A stretch of DNA of 40,534 bases from a virus (taxonomy: Duplodnaviria > Caudoviricetes), in the IMG/VR virus record IMGVR_UViG_3300014208_001117, positions 1 to 40,534 of that record; one strand, written 5' to 3'. Numbering within the stretch: the first letter of the stretch is position 1; each line of letters begins with the position of its first letter. The notes beneath the pieces were generated by a model, which had not been told where the DNA came from, made no database searches, and saw only the letters and a program-made list of their open reading frames with translations. The translations under genes were made by a program, and so were the position numbers. Shown one piece after another: positions 16,243 through 26,124 of the stretch.

Positions 16243-18249
16243 ATGGCTGACGTTAAAAGCACATCCAAACGCAAAGAGAAAATCGTCAAAAAGGTTGTTG
16301 CTAAAAAGCCAACCGTTAAAAAAACTGCGTCAAAAAAGAAGAAAGAAGAGATTGCCTCGTCCGAGTCGGACGATCCAGACGATCTATCGGAGAGGGATTT
16401 TACCAAACTGATAGAACAAGTGAAATCCGAATATACTCAGTCTTCTCAATTCATTAAACCCAAATGGGACGAGTGGGCGCTTCGTCTCAAACTCTACAAT
16501 AACCAAAAGCGCGACAAAGAAGCTGTTGGAGACAACACTCTTTTTACCATTTTCCAAACAGTGCTCGCATCGCTCTATTCCGATAATCTTTCGGCCTCGT
16601 TCATTCCTCGCGAAATCGGAGATGAAGAAGTTGCGGAGAACCTAGACATCACGGCCGAATACGACCATGAGGCGATGGAGAAAGACATGTTGGATTATGA
16701 ATGGGATTTTGAAGCAATGTTTTTTGGACGTTCTCTTTGTTCCTTCATGGAATTTGATCGTGATAGCAATAGCATGACCCCCGTTCCGGAAATTTGGAAC
16801 GTCATGACCGTCTTGCGCGATCCGTATGCCACAAGCGTTAACGGAAGCGGCAAAAAAAGAAAAGGCGCCGCGCGATTTCTCGGCAGGGAAGTGCGAATGA
16901 CAAGAAACGAGATGGACGACATCGGAGAATATTTCAATTATGCGAATCTCAAAACCAGTAAAACATCCGCGCAATCTCTCGTTGATGAAAACATGCGCAT
17001 CACGGCGGAAGCGGCGGGCCTTTCGGATATATCAAAGTTTTCGTCGCTCAAAGGTGAAAATGATTCATACCGGCTTTTGGAGTGGTTCACTATACACAAC
17101 AATAAACGCGTATTTGTTACTCTGGCGAACGATATGACGAAAGTGGTGCGATACCGAGAGCTTGAGGATATTGCCATCCCGATCATAGACCGAACCATTT
17201 ACCCTATCCCGAACAGTTGGGATGGCGTATCTATTCCCGACCTTATTGAGGATAAACAGCGGGCGCGCGCAGTGCTTCAAAATCTCGGGCTCAAAGGGGC
17301 GAAGGCAAACCTTCATCCGATGTATCTGTACAATTCAACCTTGATCAAGAATCGTTCCGATCTTAATTTTGATTTCAATAAATTTATCAGCGTATCGGGA
17401 AATCCTTCCGGAGCGGTCGCGGTGATGCCGAAAGACAACATCAAGCAGGACGTGCAATATATTTTGGATACGCTTAACTCCGGGGCGGAACGTTCCACAG
17501 CTACGCCGGATTTTCAACAAGGAGTACGTCCGGCAAATGGGGGAACCGCAACGCGCGACGCATTGCTCAATCAAAAAGTTGATACGCGATATTCTCTCTC
17601 GGCAAAGATTTTCGGTTGGAGCGAGAAACGTTTTTGGAAGCAGTGGTACCAACTTTATAAAGAATATTTTGCCGACGGAATTGATGAAAAAAGCATCCGC
17701 ATTGCGGGCGCTCTCGGAGCCAAGTGGCGGCCATTCACCCGGGAAAATCTTATTGCGAGTACCGACCCTGACGTAAAAATTGAAAGCCGAATTCTGGCGG
17801 AGGAAAAGCAATTCAACGAATTGCAAAAATTTCGTTCATACATGCAATACATCGCCGCCGCTCCGAATGCGAATCTTCTCTTTGCTTTGCGCTACATGGG
17901 TAAACTCTCCGGACTTAAGAAAGACATCATTGGCCGGCTTCTGCCTCCGACCATAGAGGAACTTCGCGCCGAGGATGAAAATAAACTCCTTTCCGAAAAT
18001 AAAAAAGTTGAGGTTCTTCCGACTGACGACAATCAAACACATATAGATATTCATAACAAAATGGAGGATAGCCCGGCGAAATTCGCGCACATGAACGCGC
18101 ACAAACGCGCAATGACGCTTCGCCAAGCGCGCCCGGATATGTTCCCAACGACACAAGAAAACTCCGGAGTAGCGGATGAAAAAGTGCAAAACGCAAAATC
18201 TGAACGTCCTATGGCGGCGTCGTTTATTGGAAGAAGTTTACCTGCATAA
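16243..18249 (+). CDS. Portal protein
   Basis: 668 aa, helical, between terL and scaffold/capsid; QQG...TAT motif typical of P22-like portals. Confidence 0.85.
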   Translation: MADVKSTSKRKEKIVKKVVAKKPTVKKTASKKKKEEIASSESDDPDDLSERDFTKLIEQVKSEYTQSSQFIKPKWDEWALRLKLYNNQKRDKEAVGDNTLFTIFQTVLASLYSDNLSASFIPREIGDEEVAENLDITAEYDHEAMEKDMLDYEWDFEAMFFGRSLCSFMEFDRDSNSMTPVPEIWNVMTVLRDPYATSVNGSGKKRKGAARFLGREVRMTRNEMDDIGEYFNYANLKTSKTSAQSLVDENMRITAEAAGLSDISKFSSLKGENDSYRLLEWFTIHNNKRVFVTLANDMTKVVRYRELEDIAIPIIDRTIYPIPNSWDGVSIPDLIEDKQRARAVLQNLGLKGAKANLHPMYLYNSTLIKNRSDLNFDFNKFISVSGNPSGAVAVMPKDNIKQDVQYILDTLNSGAERSTATPDFQQGVRPANGGTATRDALLNQKVDTRYSLSAKIFGWSEKRFWKQWYQLYKEYFADGIDEKSIRIAGALGAKWRPFTRENLIASTDPDVKIESRILAEEKQFNELQKFRSYMQYIAAAPNANLLFALRYMGKLSGLKKDIIGRLLPPTIEELRAEDENKLLSENKKVEVLPTDDNQTHIDIHNKMEDSPAKFAHMNAHKRAMTLRQARPDMFPTTQENSGVADEKVQNAKSERPMAASFIGRSLPA

Positions 18250-18253
18250 AAAT

Positions 18254-18676
18254 ATGGCAAAGAAAAAAATTAAAACAACCGGATACGAACCGCACACGGC
18301 TTTTGATCTTGAAATAAAGACCAAAGCGCAAGGCGAAGAACTCGCGGAACATCTTAAAAATCTCAAGGTTTCTTCCGGTTGGATGATCATGAAGCAAATA
18401 CTTGAAGGTAATTTATCTTTGCTTGAAAGGCAGATCGTAACGAAGAAGAACCTTAACGGAGAAATATTGACCGATGCGGATGTTGATGATTTAAGAAAGA
18501 CGCATTTCGTCATGGAGGAATTGGTCAACAAACCGGACTTTCTCATTGCTCAGCTCACAAAAGAAGACGGCGCGGGAATACCGACTTACGACCCGTACGC
18601 ATCTGACGCAAGGCAGTTGAGAGGCGACCCTGAACGTATCGGATCTCCAATGGCGAGAACTTTGATAACCGAATAA
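18254..18676 (+). CDS. Hypothetical head-module protein
   Basis: ATG 4 nt after the portal stop; L..SSGW..MK pattern common in post-portal genes. Confidence 0.7.
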   Translation: MAKKKIKTTGYEPHTAFDLEIKTKAQGEELAEHLKNLKVSSGWMIMKQILEGNLSLLERQIVTKKNLNGEILTDADVDDLRKTHFVMEELVNKPDFLIAQLTKEDGAGIPTYDPYASDARQLRGDPERIGSPMARTLITE

Positions 18677-18697
18677 ATAGTTTTTGGCCGCGATGTC

Positions 18698-18812
18698 GGC
18701 TCAAACGTGATGAGGAAAGGTGTCATGGGATTGGCGATTTCCTTTGCTTCGCTTTTCTTCATCACATTTGAGCCCGTGTCGGGCTCTCCTCCCGACCAGT
18801 CATCGGGAGAGC
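18698..18812 (+). other. Intergenic structured RNA upstream of scaffold/capsid genes
   Basis: ~21-bp stem 18698-18719/18753-18774 plus downstream hairpins. Confidence 0.6.
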
Positions 18813-18871
18813 ACCGCTGTTTTAAGTTTTTCCCCATTTCTTAATTCAGCGAGCATAACAAAAAACTTCTC

Positions 18872-19654
18872 ATGGGAGAAAACAACACTGCCGACGACCG
18901 AGACGACGACACCACTGACAATGGCGCCGACGATAAGGACGACGGCACGACAGAGGACGAGGAGGATACCTCTCAAAACAACGACTCCGACGATGCGGAC
19001 GATGCCGATGGCGACGACGCAGAGGACGGTAACGGCGATAACGGCAAGGGCGGCTCCGGTAAAAAGGGCTCCGACACGGCCGACGACGATACCGAGGACG
19101 ACGACGGGAAAGACCCGGAAGATCGTCGTCCCAAAACAAACGGCGAATGGGCTGCACGTCGTATCGCCTCCAAAAAAGGCGAAAAAAAAGAAGCAGACAA
19201 GAAGTCGGATAAAAAAGATTCTGACGACAACGGCGAGACCGAGGATGATCTTGACGGTTTGTCGGAAGAAGACGCCAAGGCGTTTGATCGGCGCATAGAG
19301 AAGCACCTCGAGCCCATCTTAAGCAAAACGGCGGAGCAGGAAGTAGACGGTGCGATTGCTTCCTTCCTGCATGACAATCCCGACTTCAAACCTTACGAGG
19401 CAAAAGTCAAACGATGGGCGATGCACGAATCTCGCAAGAATGTTCCGGTCAATTCCATCTTTTACGAGGTGGCGGGACCAAAACTTCTCGCGATTGGCGC
19501 CAAGCGCAGAGCCGAGGCAGACGCCAAAGCTCGGAAAGCCAAGACCGGCGGCGGAAATTCCAATGCCGGAGAGGGAGGCAATAAGTCTTACAAAGATATG
19601 CCTCTTTTGGAATTTGGAAAGGAGCTTGACACCATCAAGACACAGCGTCGTTAA
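18872..19654 (+). CDS. Capsid scaffolding protein
   Basis: Very acidic low-complexity N-terminus; directly upstream of the major capsid gene. Confidence 0.75.
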   Translation: MGENNTADDRDDDTTDNGADDKDDGTTEDEEDTSQNNDSDDADDADGDDAEDGNGDNGKGGSGKKGSDTADDDTEDDDGKDPEDRRPKTNGEWAARRIASKKGEKKEADKKSDKKDSDDNGETEDDLDGLSEEDAKAFDRRIEKHLEPILSKTAEQEVDGAIASFLHDNPDFKPYEAKVKRWAMHESRKNVPVNSIFYEVAGPKLLAIGAKRRAEADAKARKAKTGGGNSNAGEGGNKSYKDMPLLEFGKELDTIKTQRR

Positions 19655-19698
19655 GAAAAATATCATCCTCAATTTTATTCATTTATTCATATAAAAAA

Positions 19699-20667
19699 AT
19701 GGCTAACACAAGCAGATCGGTCATATCTCGGGAAAACACGGAGTTCTACGACAGAACTCTTTTGTTCCGAGCCGTTCCGTTCTTGGTTCACACCAAGTTC
19801 GCGCAGGTTCGGGACATCCCGCGAAACGGCGGCACGAACGTTATTAAGTTCCGCCGCTATGGTAACCTCTCCGCCGCGACCACGGCGCTCGTAGAGGGGG
19901 TTACTCCCGCAGGCAGTTCATTGTCCGTTACGGACGTTACCGCCACTGTCGCACAGTACGGCGATTATATCACGATAACCGACGTGATTGATTACGAAAG
20001 CAAAGATCCGGTTCTCATTGAAACCGCCGAAATTCTCGGCGATCAGATGGGGGATACGCTTGACCAACTTACGAGGGACGTAATAGCGGCAGGTTCCGTT
20101 GTTCAATACGCGGGCGCCTCGTCAAACTCCCGCGATACGGTTGGTTCAACCGACCTTATTGACGTGGACGACATCAAGATTGCCGTCCGCACCCTTAAGA
20201 ACGCCAAGGCGCGCAAGATTACTCGCATGATCAATGCTTCAACAGGCATTGCCACCGAGCCGGTCAACGCGTCTTACATCGGATTGTGCCATCCGAACAC
20301 CACGTACACCCTCAAAGGTCTTACCGGATTTACTTCCGTTGAGAAGTACGCCTCAACCGTAAGTGTCATGGAAGGCGAAATCGGGAAAATTGACGAAGTT
20401 CGTTTCATTGAAAGCACGAACTGCAAGACCTTCACCGGCGGAGAGGGAAGCATTACCGTTTACGCGACAATCATTCTCGGAATGGACGCGTACGGAATTA
20501 CCCGCATCAGCGGAGAAGCGGTGAAAAATATCGTGAAGCCGCTCGGTTCTGCCGGTACGGCTGATCCTTTGGAACAGCGCGCAACGTCGGGATGGAAAGC
20601 AACGTTTGTGGCGAAGATCCTCAACGACGCTTTCATGGTGAGAATTGAGCACGCGGTGGCGGCTTGA
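19699..20667 (+). CDS. Major capsid protein, N4-gp56 family
   Basis: IKFRRY, EGVTP, QYG, GEIG, KPLGSAGTADPLEQR...GWK. Confidence 0.92.
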   Translation: MANTSRSVISRENTEFYDRTLLFRAVPFLVHTKFAQVRDIPRNGGTNVIKFRRYGNLSAATTALVEGVTPAGSSLSVTDVTATVAQYGDYITITDVIDYESKDPVLIETAEILGDQMGDTLDQLTRDVIAAGSVVQYAGASSNSRDTVGSTDLIDVDDIKIAVRTLKNAKARKITRMINASTGIATEPVNASYIGLCHPNTTYTLKGLTGFTSVEKYASTVSVMEGEIGKIDEVRFIESTNCKTFTGGEGSITVYATIILGMDAYGITRISGEAVKNIVKPLGSAGTADPLEQRATSGWKATFVAKILNDAFMVRIEHAVAA

Positions 20668-20725
20668 TGACACCGAAAGAGCGCGAAAGCGCCGCCAATC
20701 CTATTATAAATAAGCAAAGGAAAAC

Positions 20726-21214
20726 ATGACGCAAACATACGAAGATATGAAGTACAACGAGCTTAAAGCCTTGTGTGCGACGAACGGGCTGAATGCTTCG
20801 GGTACTAAAGAAGATTTGATCGCTCGTCTTTCCGACGGTACTCATCTGTCGGAAAAGAACGATCAACCGCAACAGGAAACGCCAGTTGCCGACGACGACG
20901 ATAGACCGGCAGTGAAACTCACCGCCGAACAGCTTCATATGACAAAAGCAATGAAGCAAAAAGCCTATCTTGATAAACAAAAAAAGGTTTCGGTAATGAT
21001 TCCGTTTGAGCAGGGTGAAAACCCGGAACAGGCGAAAAAAATACCGTTCCATGTCGGCATTAACGGTTACTCCATAGAAATCCCCAGAGGGGTCTTTACG
21101 GAAGTACCGGAAGACGTGGCGAAGATTGTTCGCGAAAGGTTGGAAAGCGAGGGGCGCATTGGGCGCGATCACTTGATTGATAGCGACCCGAAACGACAAG
21201 AAGCGCTTTCCTAA
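20726..21214 (+). CDS. Capsid-linked protein with N-terminal SAP/HeH-like motif
   Basis: MKYNELKALCATNGLNASGTKEDLIARL. Confidence 0.7.
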   Translation: MTQTYEDMKYNELKALCATNGLNASGTKEDLIARLSDGTHLSEKNDQPQQETPVADDDDRPAVKLTAEQLHMTKAMKQKAYLDKQKKVSVMIPFEQGENPEQAKKIPFHVGINGYSIEIPRGVFTEVPEDVAKIVRERLESEGRIGRDHLIDSDPKRQEALS

Positions 21215-21246
21215 ATTATCAACCACTTTTAATTTTTTCCCAAAAA

Positions 21247-21564
21247 ATGTCTGTAACAAAAAAAGGTGAAATCTACGACGGAGTGCGCGGCGCAAAGGTG
21301 GAGTTCGGAACGTTCACGTTGAACCCGGATACCATCAACGCGGCGACCGAAGCGGAAACCACGATTGAATTTGACGGTGTTGCCTCCGGCGACCTCGTCT
21401 TCGTCAATCCTCGCTCGCTCACTGCGGGACTTCTCCCGAAAGGAGCGCGCGTAACGGCTGCCGATGTCGTAGGCGTAATACTCAGAAATGAGCTTACCAC
21501 TAACGTGGACGGTGCGTCTATCACGTACGATTACGTTGTTATTAAGTTCGCAGGGGACGCTTAA
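21247..21564 (+). CDS. Putative capsid decoration protein
   Basis: 105 aa, beta-rich, follows the capsid genes. Confidence 0.55.
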   Translation: MSVTKKGEIYDGVRGAKVEFGTFTLNPDTINAATEAETTIEFDGVASGDLVFVNPRSLTAGLLPKGARVTAADVVGVILRNELTTNVDGASITYDYVVIKFAGDA

Positions 21565-21574
21565 ACGTTCCAAA

Positions 21575-21613
21575 CTCTGCTCTCCTCATCTTAACCGGTG
21601 AGGAGGAACAGGG
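21575..21613 (+). other. Stem-loop closing the head gene block
   Basis: ctcctcatc-ttaacc-ggtgaggag with an outer ctctg/caggg pair; no U tract. Confidence 0.5.
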
Positions 21614-21638
21614 TAAGGAGCTAATTTTTAAAACACAT

Positions 21639-22358
21639 ATGAATGGAACAACTTTTGCGGCGTATGTTCGCAAACAAACACACACAAACAGTTCAACATT
21701 CCCGGACGCTGATATTGTTACATATGCGAATGTCGTTAAAGATGATATTGCCGCAACAATCGCATCGGAAGTTGATGAGGGATATTTTGACATGGAGGAT
21801 ACGCGTCATTTGGAGGCGGGGATACGCGACTACACATTTCCCGACGATATTTTGAAACATGTGAAATATGTTTCGGCAAAACTTGATGGTACGAATTGGT
21901 TGTATTTGACCGAAACAGACATGTCGGCTTTTGATACGCCGATGGCGGAAAATAGTTTTATCAAGGATGAGTACGCTGATAAAAAAGATCAATTTTATAT
22001 ATCGGGAAGGTCATTAAAAATTCTCTCCGGTGACGACATCATTGATGTGGTGGACGGATTAAAGATCGTATGCGAAATATACCCGGAAGATATTAGCGCG
22101 TCAAATCTTACCGCTTCAACGGATCTCTCCATTCCGTCTGCGGACACTACGCACGCGCTTCCTCGGCAGGTTCATAAGTATTGGGCGGACAGGGTGATCG
22201 TCATGTATAAAGAGTCGCGTGATAAACCGCTTCCTCTCACGAAGTCGGAGCAAGTTCTTGATATAGCCTTGCAAGGCATTCTTTCCAAACTTGAAAAAAG
22301 AAACTCTGTTCGTTCATTTCAGGCGAGCGTGCCGAAAGATGACGGACAGGATTATTAA
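21639..22358 (+). CDS. Putative head-tail adaptor
   Basis: Position and G.RDYTFP.D motif typical of podovirus adaptor proteins. Confidence 0.6.
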   Translation: MNGTTFAAYVRKQTHTNSSTFPDADIVTYANVVKDDIAATIASEVDEGYFDMEDTRHLEAGIRDYTFPDDILKHVKYVSAKLDGTNWLYLTETDMSAFDTPMAENSFIKDEYADKKDQFYISGRSLKILSGDDIIDVVDGLKIVCEIYPEDISASNLTASTDLSIPSADTTHALPRQVHKYWADRVIVMYKESRDKPLPLTKSEQVLDIALQGILSKLEKRNSVRSFQASVPKDDGQDY

Positions 22359-22444
22359 GAAATATGTCCACATTATCCTCATTTTTCCCAAAGGTCGGAA
22401 ACGAAATACACACCTCGGATAAGGGGGGTGTGTTAAATAATTAT

Positions 22445-22561
22445 ATGAAAAACTTTGATATAGAATATGTAGGACTCGCTATCATTTTGGTAATTTCTGT
22501 TTTGTTATTACCGATAGCATGTTTTATTCCTGAAAGCAAAATTAACAGACCATTCAATTAA
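22445..22561 (+). CDS. Small membrane peptide (start 22445 or 22364)
   Basis: Single hydrophobic helix, AT-rich. Confidence 0.4.
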   Translation: MKNFDIEYVGLAIILVISVLLLPIACFIPESKINRPFN

Positions 22562-22565
22562 ATTT

Positions 22566-24431
22566 ATGGCCTTGGAAGACAATTTAGTCGGATACTGGAA
22601 ACTTGATGAGGCGAGTGGAAATGCGGCTGATTCCACCGCTAGTGGTTTTACTTTGACGAATGTTGGAACGACCACTTTTACCACTGGAAAAATAGGCAAT
22701 GCTTGTGATTTTGGTTCTGCTAACTCAACAAAAAGATTCTATATTAACAATGATTTAGGCATACGGGGCGGAACAATGACAATCGGGGGCTGGTTCAAAA
22801 TCACGACCTCTCCTGCAACTGGTGTAACTTATACGTTATTTAAACAAAAAGATGCGACAAATAAAGTCGGCTTCGCTCTTTTTTATCAAAATAGCGGGGG
22901 CACACTACAATTGAGGATGGAACGGTGCAAAGAAGGAATTGCCTGCGTTAACACAACTTACAACGCCCCACTATCTGTAGACACTTGGTATTTTATTGCA
23001 ATAACATACGACGGAACAAATCTTCACCTATATCTTGACGACGGTAAGGTTGCTGATTCTGCCTCCGCCACGGGTAATGGTTCTGCGTCATCGGCGGCTT
23101 TTATTATTGGCTCAATTGCGACCGACGGCGGAGTTGATTTTTCTGGTCTTGCTGACGAAATTTTTGCTTTTACGATAAATCTTTCTGATGCAGAACTTTC
23201 AACTCTCTACAACTCAGGGACAGGAATGACCTTCAACGGGACGATTTTTGTTGAACCATCTACCCCGTCCGCTTCCACTTCTCCGAGCTTATCACCAAGT
23301 GCGAGTTTAAGTCCCAGTGCTTCTTCCTCTCCTTCACCCTCACCTTCGTCTTCCGTCAGTCCCTCCCTCTCTCCCTCCGCTTCCGCTTCCCCCTCTCTCT
23401 CACCAAGCACAAGTGTATCACCGAGTTTATCGCCCTCCGCTTCTTTAAGTCCTTCCTCTTCCGAATCTCCGAGCTTGTCGCCAAGTACCTCCGAAAGCCC
23501 TTCTCTCTCGCCCTCTACAAGCGAAAGCCCGTCATTAAGTCCGAGTGCGAGTTTGAGTCCAAGCTCTTCGGCTTCGCCATCGCTTAGTCCTTCTACGTCT
23601 GAATCACCATCACTCTCACCGTCTACTTCGCAATCTCCGTCACTTAGTCCGTCCGCGAGTTTGTCGCCGTCCTCTTCGCAAAGTCCGTCGCTTTCGCCGT
23701 CTTCCTCTTTAAGCCCGTCACCGAGTGCAGGCAGTTCAAGTCTTTCGCCGAGTTCGTCGGAAAGTCCTTCACTTTCTCCTTCAACTTCTCAATCGCCAAG
23801 TTTGAGTCCAAGCGCGTCACAGAGTCCGAGCTTATCTCCAAGCGCAAGTCTTTCACCATCGCCCAGCGAATCGCCAAGTTTGTCACCAAGTGCAAGTCTA
23901 AGCCCCTCAAGCTCTGAATCGCCCTCTCTTTCCCCATCAGCGAGTCTTTCGCCGTCCGCTTCGGAGTCGCCGTCTTTGTCGCCATCCGCAAGTTTAAGTC
24001 CGAGCTCTTCGGAATCGCCAAGTCTTTCGCCAAGCGCGAGTTTGAGTCCGTCATCTTCGGAGAGTCCATCCCTGTCACCGAGCGCGAGTTTATCACCTTC
24101 AAGTTCTGAATCACCCTCACTCAGTCCTTCCGCTTCGCTTTCGCCGAGTTCATCCATTTCTCCATCGCTCTCTCCATCGGCAAGTCTTTCTCCTTCATCT
24201 TCCGAATCTCCTTCTCTCAGCCCTTCTAGCTCGCAAAGTCCCAGTTTATCCCCATCGGCTTCACTTTCTCCGTCAAGTTCCATATCTCCCTCTTTGTCGC
24301 CTTCAAGCTCAATGTCACCATCGCCCTCTCCCCCATGGCACCCTGTCAATCGAAACAGTACCGGAAGTTTTACCCGGACGGCGCGCAACAGTTCGGGAAC
24401 TTGGACAAAAACATCTAGAAATAGCATGTAA
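22566..24431 (+). CDS. LamG/ConA-like lectin domain protein with long Ser/Pro-rich stalk
   Basis: LVGYWKLDE...W.FIAITYDG...LYLD...FSGLADE...LYN, then about 360 aa of SPSLSPSASL-type repeats. Confidence 0.85.
   Translation: MALEDNLVGYWKLDEASGNAADSTASGFTLTNVGTTTFTTGKIGNACDFGSANSTKRFYINNDLGIRGGTMTIGGWFKITTSPATGVTYTLFKQKDATNKVGFALFYQNSGGTLQLRMERCKEGIACVNTTYNAPLSVDTWYFIAITYDGTNLHLYLDDGKVADSASATGNGSASSAAFIIGSIATDGGVDFSGLADEIFAFTINLSDAELSTLYNSGTGMTFNGTIFVEPSTPSASTSPSLSPSASLSPSASSSPSPSPSSSVSPSLSPSASASPSLSPSTSVSPSLSPSASLSPSSSESPSLSPSTSESPSLSPSTSESPSLSPSASLSPSSSASPSLSPSTSESPSLSPSTSQSPSLSPSASLSPSSSQSPSLSPSSSLSPSPSAGSSSLSPSSSESPSLSPSTSQSPSLSPSASQSPSLSPSASLSPSPSESPSLSPSASLSPSSSESPSLSPSASLSPSASESPSLSPSASLSPSSSESPSLSPSASLSPSSSESPSLSPSASLSPSSSESPSLSPSASLSPSSSISPSLSPSASLSPSSSESPSLSPSSSQSPSLSPSASLSPSSSISPSLSPSSSMSPSPSPPWHPVNRNSTGSFTRTARNSSGTWTKTSRNSM
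23254..24335 (+). repeat. Coding tandem repeat (SPSLSPSASLSPSSSE-like units)
   Basis: Amino-acid repeat is strong while synonymous codons are scrambled. Confidence 0.9.
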
Positions 24432-24435
24432 ATAT

Positions 24436-24708
24436 ATGGGAAACGAAAACACCTTGTTAACAATAATTATGGTTTTGATCGCTCTACTTTTTGTGCGAGA
24501 TGTGGCGGTTCAATATCTTAAAAAAATCTTTGGAGTAAAGACGACGGAAGAACCGGAAGAAAAAACACCGATATGGGCCCAAAAACTGGTTAACCATTTC
24601 AACCATCAGACTACAGATCTACTCTCCGAGATCGCCAAGGGACAAAGAGAGGCGAACATGAAACTTGACGAAATTATCAAATACGGCGTAATAAACCGAG
24701 AAAAATAA
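24436..24708 (+). CDS. Small membrane protein (N-terminal TM plus coiled coil)
   Basis: Hydrophobic residues 7-20; may be holin/antiholin-like. Confidence 0.6.
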   Translation: MGNENTLLTIIMVLIALLFVRDVAVQYLKKIFGVKTTEEPEEKTPIWAQKLVNHFNHQTTDLLSEIAKGQREANMKLDEIIKYGVINREK

Positions 24709-24712
24709 ATTT

Positions 24713-26119
24713 ATGGCTCAAATAGAAATCAAAAATCTAAATCTCGGTGGATTGTCGGATAGCGATTACATGGGCGCGGAAGGTTCCGTCGCAGAAATGG
24801 TAAATTGCGATATCCATAGTGAGCCGGGTATCATCAAAGCCAACCAAGCCCTCACGAAAGACAGCGGGGCGACCGTTACCGAACTTATTCTTGCCCCTGT
24901 GTCGTGTTCCAACGGCTCTACCTATCATTTTGGCGACGCAGGGGGCATCTATGAACGCGAGGCGGACGGAACTTGGACGAAACGCGCGACTGCGGCACCT
25001 GCGGCCGGAGCGGCAAAGATTCTGTCCGCCGCCGAATATCAGGGATATCTATATTATTCCATGCAATCCCGTCTTGGAAGAATTGCCGTGCCTTCCGCAG
25101 GCGGTTCTTGGGACGGAAGAAATGACAGTTGGGCAACTTTTACAAACACGGACGCGGATTTTCATCCCATGAAAGAAGTGAGTATGGTGCTGTACATTGG
25201 AGACAAAAACTATATCGCGCAGGTTGACGGTGTAACCTTTTCCGCAAACGCACTTGACATCAAAAACCCGTTGCGCATTTCGTCATTGTGGAACCTTGAT
25301 ACCGATCTTCTTATCGGAACGTATGTTGCGGCAAACGTTCTTCGTACAGAAATCATCCGATGGAATACGTGGAGCGTTTCTTATTCGGTGAGCGATCCTA
25401 TCCCCGAAGCAGGGATCAATGCGTTCCTTGACGCGGACAATCAAATTATTGTGAACGCCGGGCAAAAAGGAAATCTCTATATTTACGACGGGGCGCAATT
25501 GGATATTTATAAAAAAATAAAAGGGACATGGAACTCAACGAACAAAGCCGTCATTAAAACGAACTGCGCTTACAACTTCGGAGGAATGCCTCTTTTTGGT
25601 CTTTCTCAGGTTACCGGAACGGGCGTAAATCTCGGCATCTATTCGCTTGCCCGGACAAACAGAAACTATCCGTTTGTGCTTAATCTTGAGTATAAAATAT
25701 CAGCAAACAAACTGACGGGGATAGAGATTGGCACTATCTGCCCGGTGTCGTCGGATCAGTTCCTTGTTTCGTGGAAAGACGGCGCGACGTATGGCGTTGA
25801 TATTCTCAATCTGACAATCAAAGCGACCGCCTATTTTATTTCCCGCAACATGATGGTTGATCGGGTGAACGGGGACAATTACGGCTTTGTTCACGTCCCG
25901 TATCGCTCATTGCCCGCGAACACTTCCATAGATATTTTTACGTCGGTCAACCATGCCGCATTTGATGCGGAAGCGACAAGCACTGTTGATACGGAACATC
26001 TGATCGTTTCAACCGATGCTCATCTCGGAAATGCAGCAGTCGCGAAAGTGAAAATAGTTCTTAACCCGAACGCGAATAATGCGCCGGAGGTTGAAATGGC
26101 AATTATTCCCATCAATTAA
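24713..26119 (+). CDS. Putative tail nozzle/stabilisation protein
   Basis: 468 aa, beta-rich; N-terminal GGL...N.D pattern; position in the tail module. Confidence 0.6.
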   Translation: MAQIEIKNLNLGGLSDSDYMGAEGSVAEMVNCDIHSEPGIIKANQALTKDSGATVTELILAPVSCSNGSTYHFGDAGGIYEREADGTWTKRATAAPAAGAAKILSAAEYQGYLYYSMQSRLGRIAVPSAGGSWDGRNDSWATFTNTDADFHPMKEVSMVLYIGDKNYIAQVDGVTFSANALDIKNPLRISSLWNLDTDLLIGTYVAANVLRTEIIRWNTWSVSYSVSDPIPEAGINAFLDADNQIIVNAGQKGNLYIYDGAQLDIYKKIKGTWNSTNKAVIKTNCAYNFGGMPLFGLSQVTGTGVNLGIYSLARTNRNYPFVLNLEYKISANKLTGIEIGTICPVSSDQFLVSWKDGATYGVDILNLTIKATAYFISRNMMVDRVNGDNYGFVHVPYRSLPANTSIDIFTSVNHAAFDAEATSTVDTEHLIVSTDAHLGNAAVAKVKIVLNPNANNAPEVEMAIIPIN

Positions 26120-26124
26120 AAAAT

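Noticed and set aside
18720-19298. Thr/Arg-rich alternative-frame ORF over the scaffold gene
   Set aside because: Frame-shifted reading of GAC-rich acidic codons; its start lies inside an RNA stem.
23254-24335. DNA-level tandem repeat or assembly artefact; minus-strand E/G/L-rich ORFs
   Set aside because: Synonymous codons differ between units, so it is a real protein repeat; the antisense ORFs are shadows of it.
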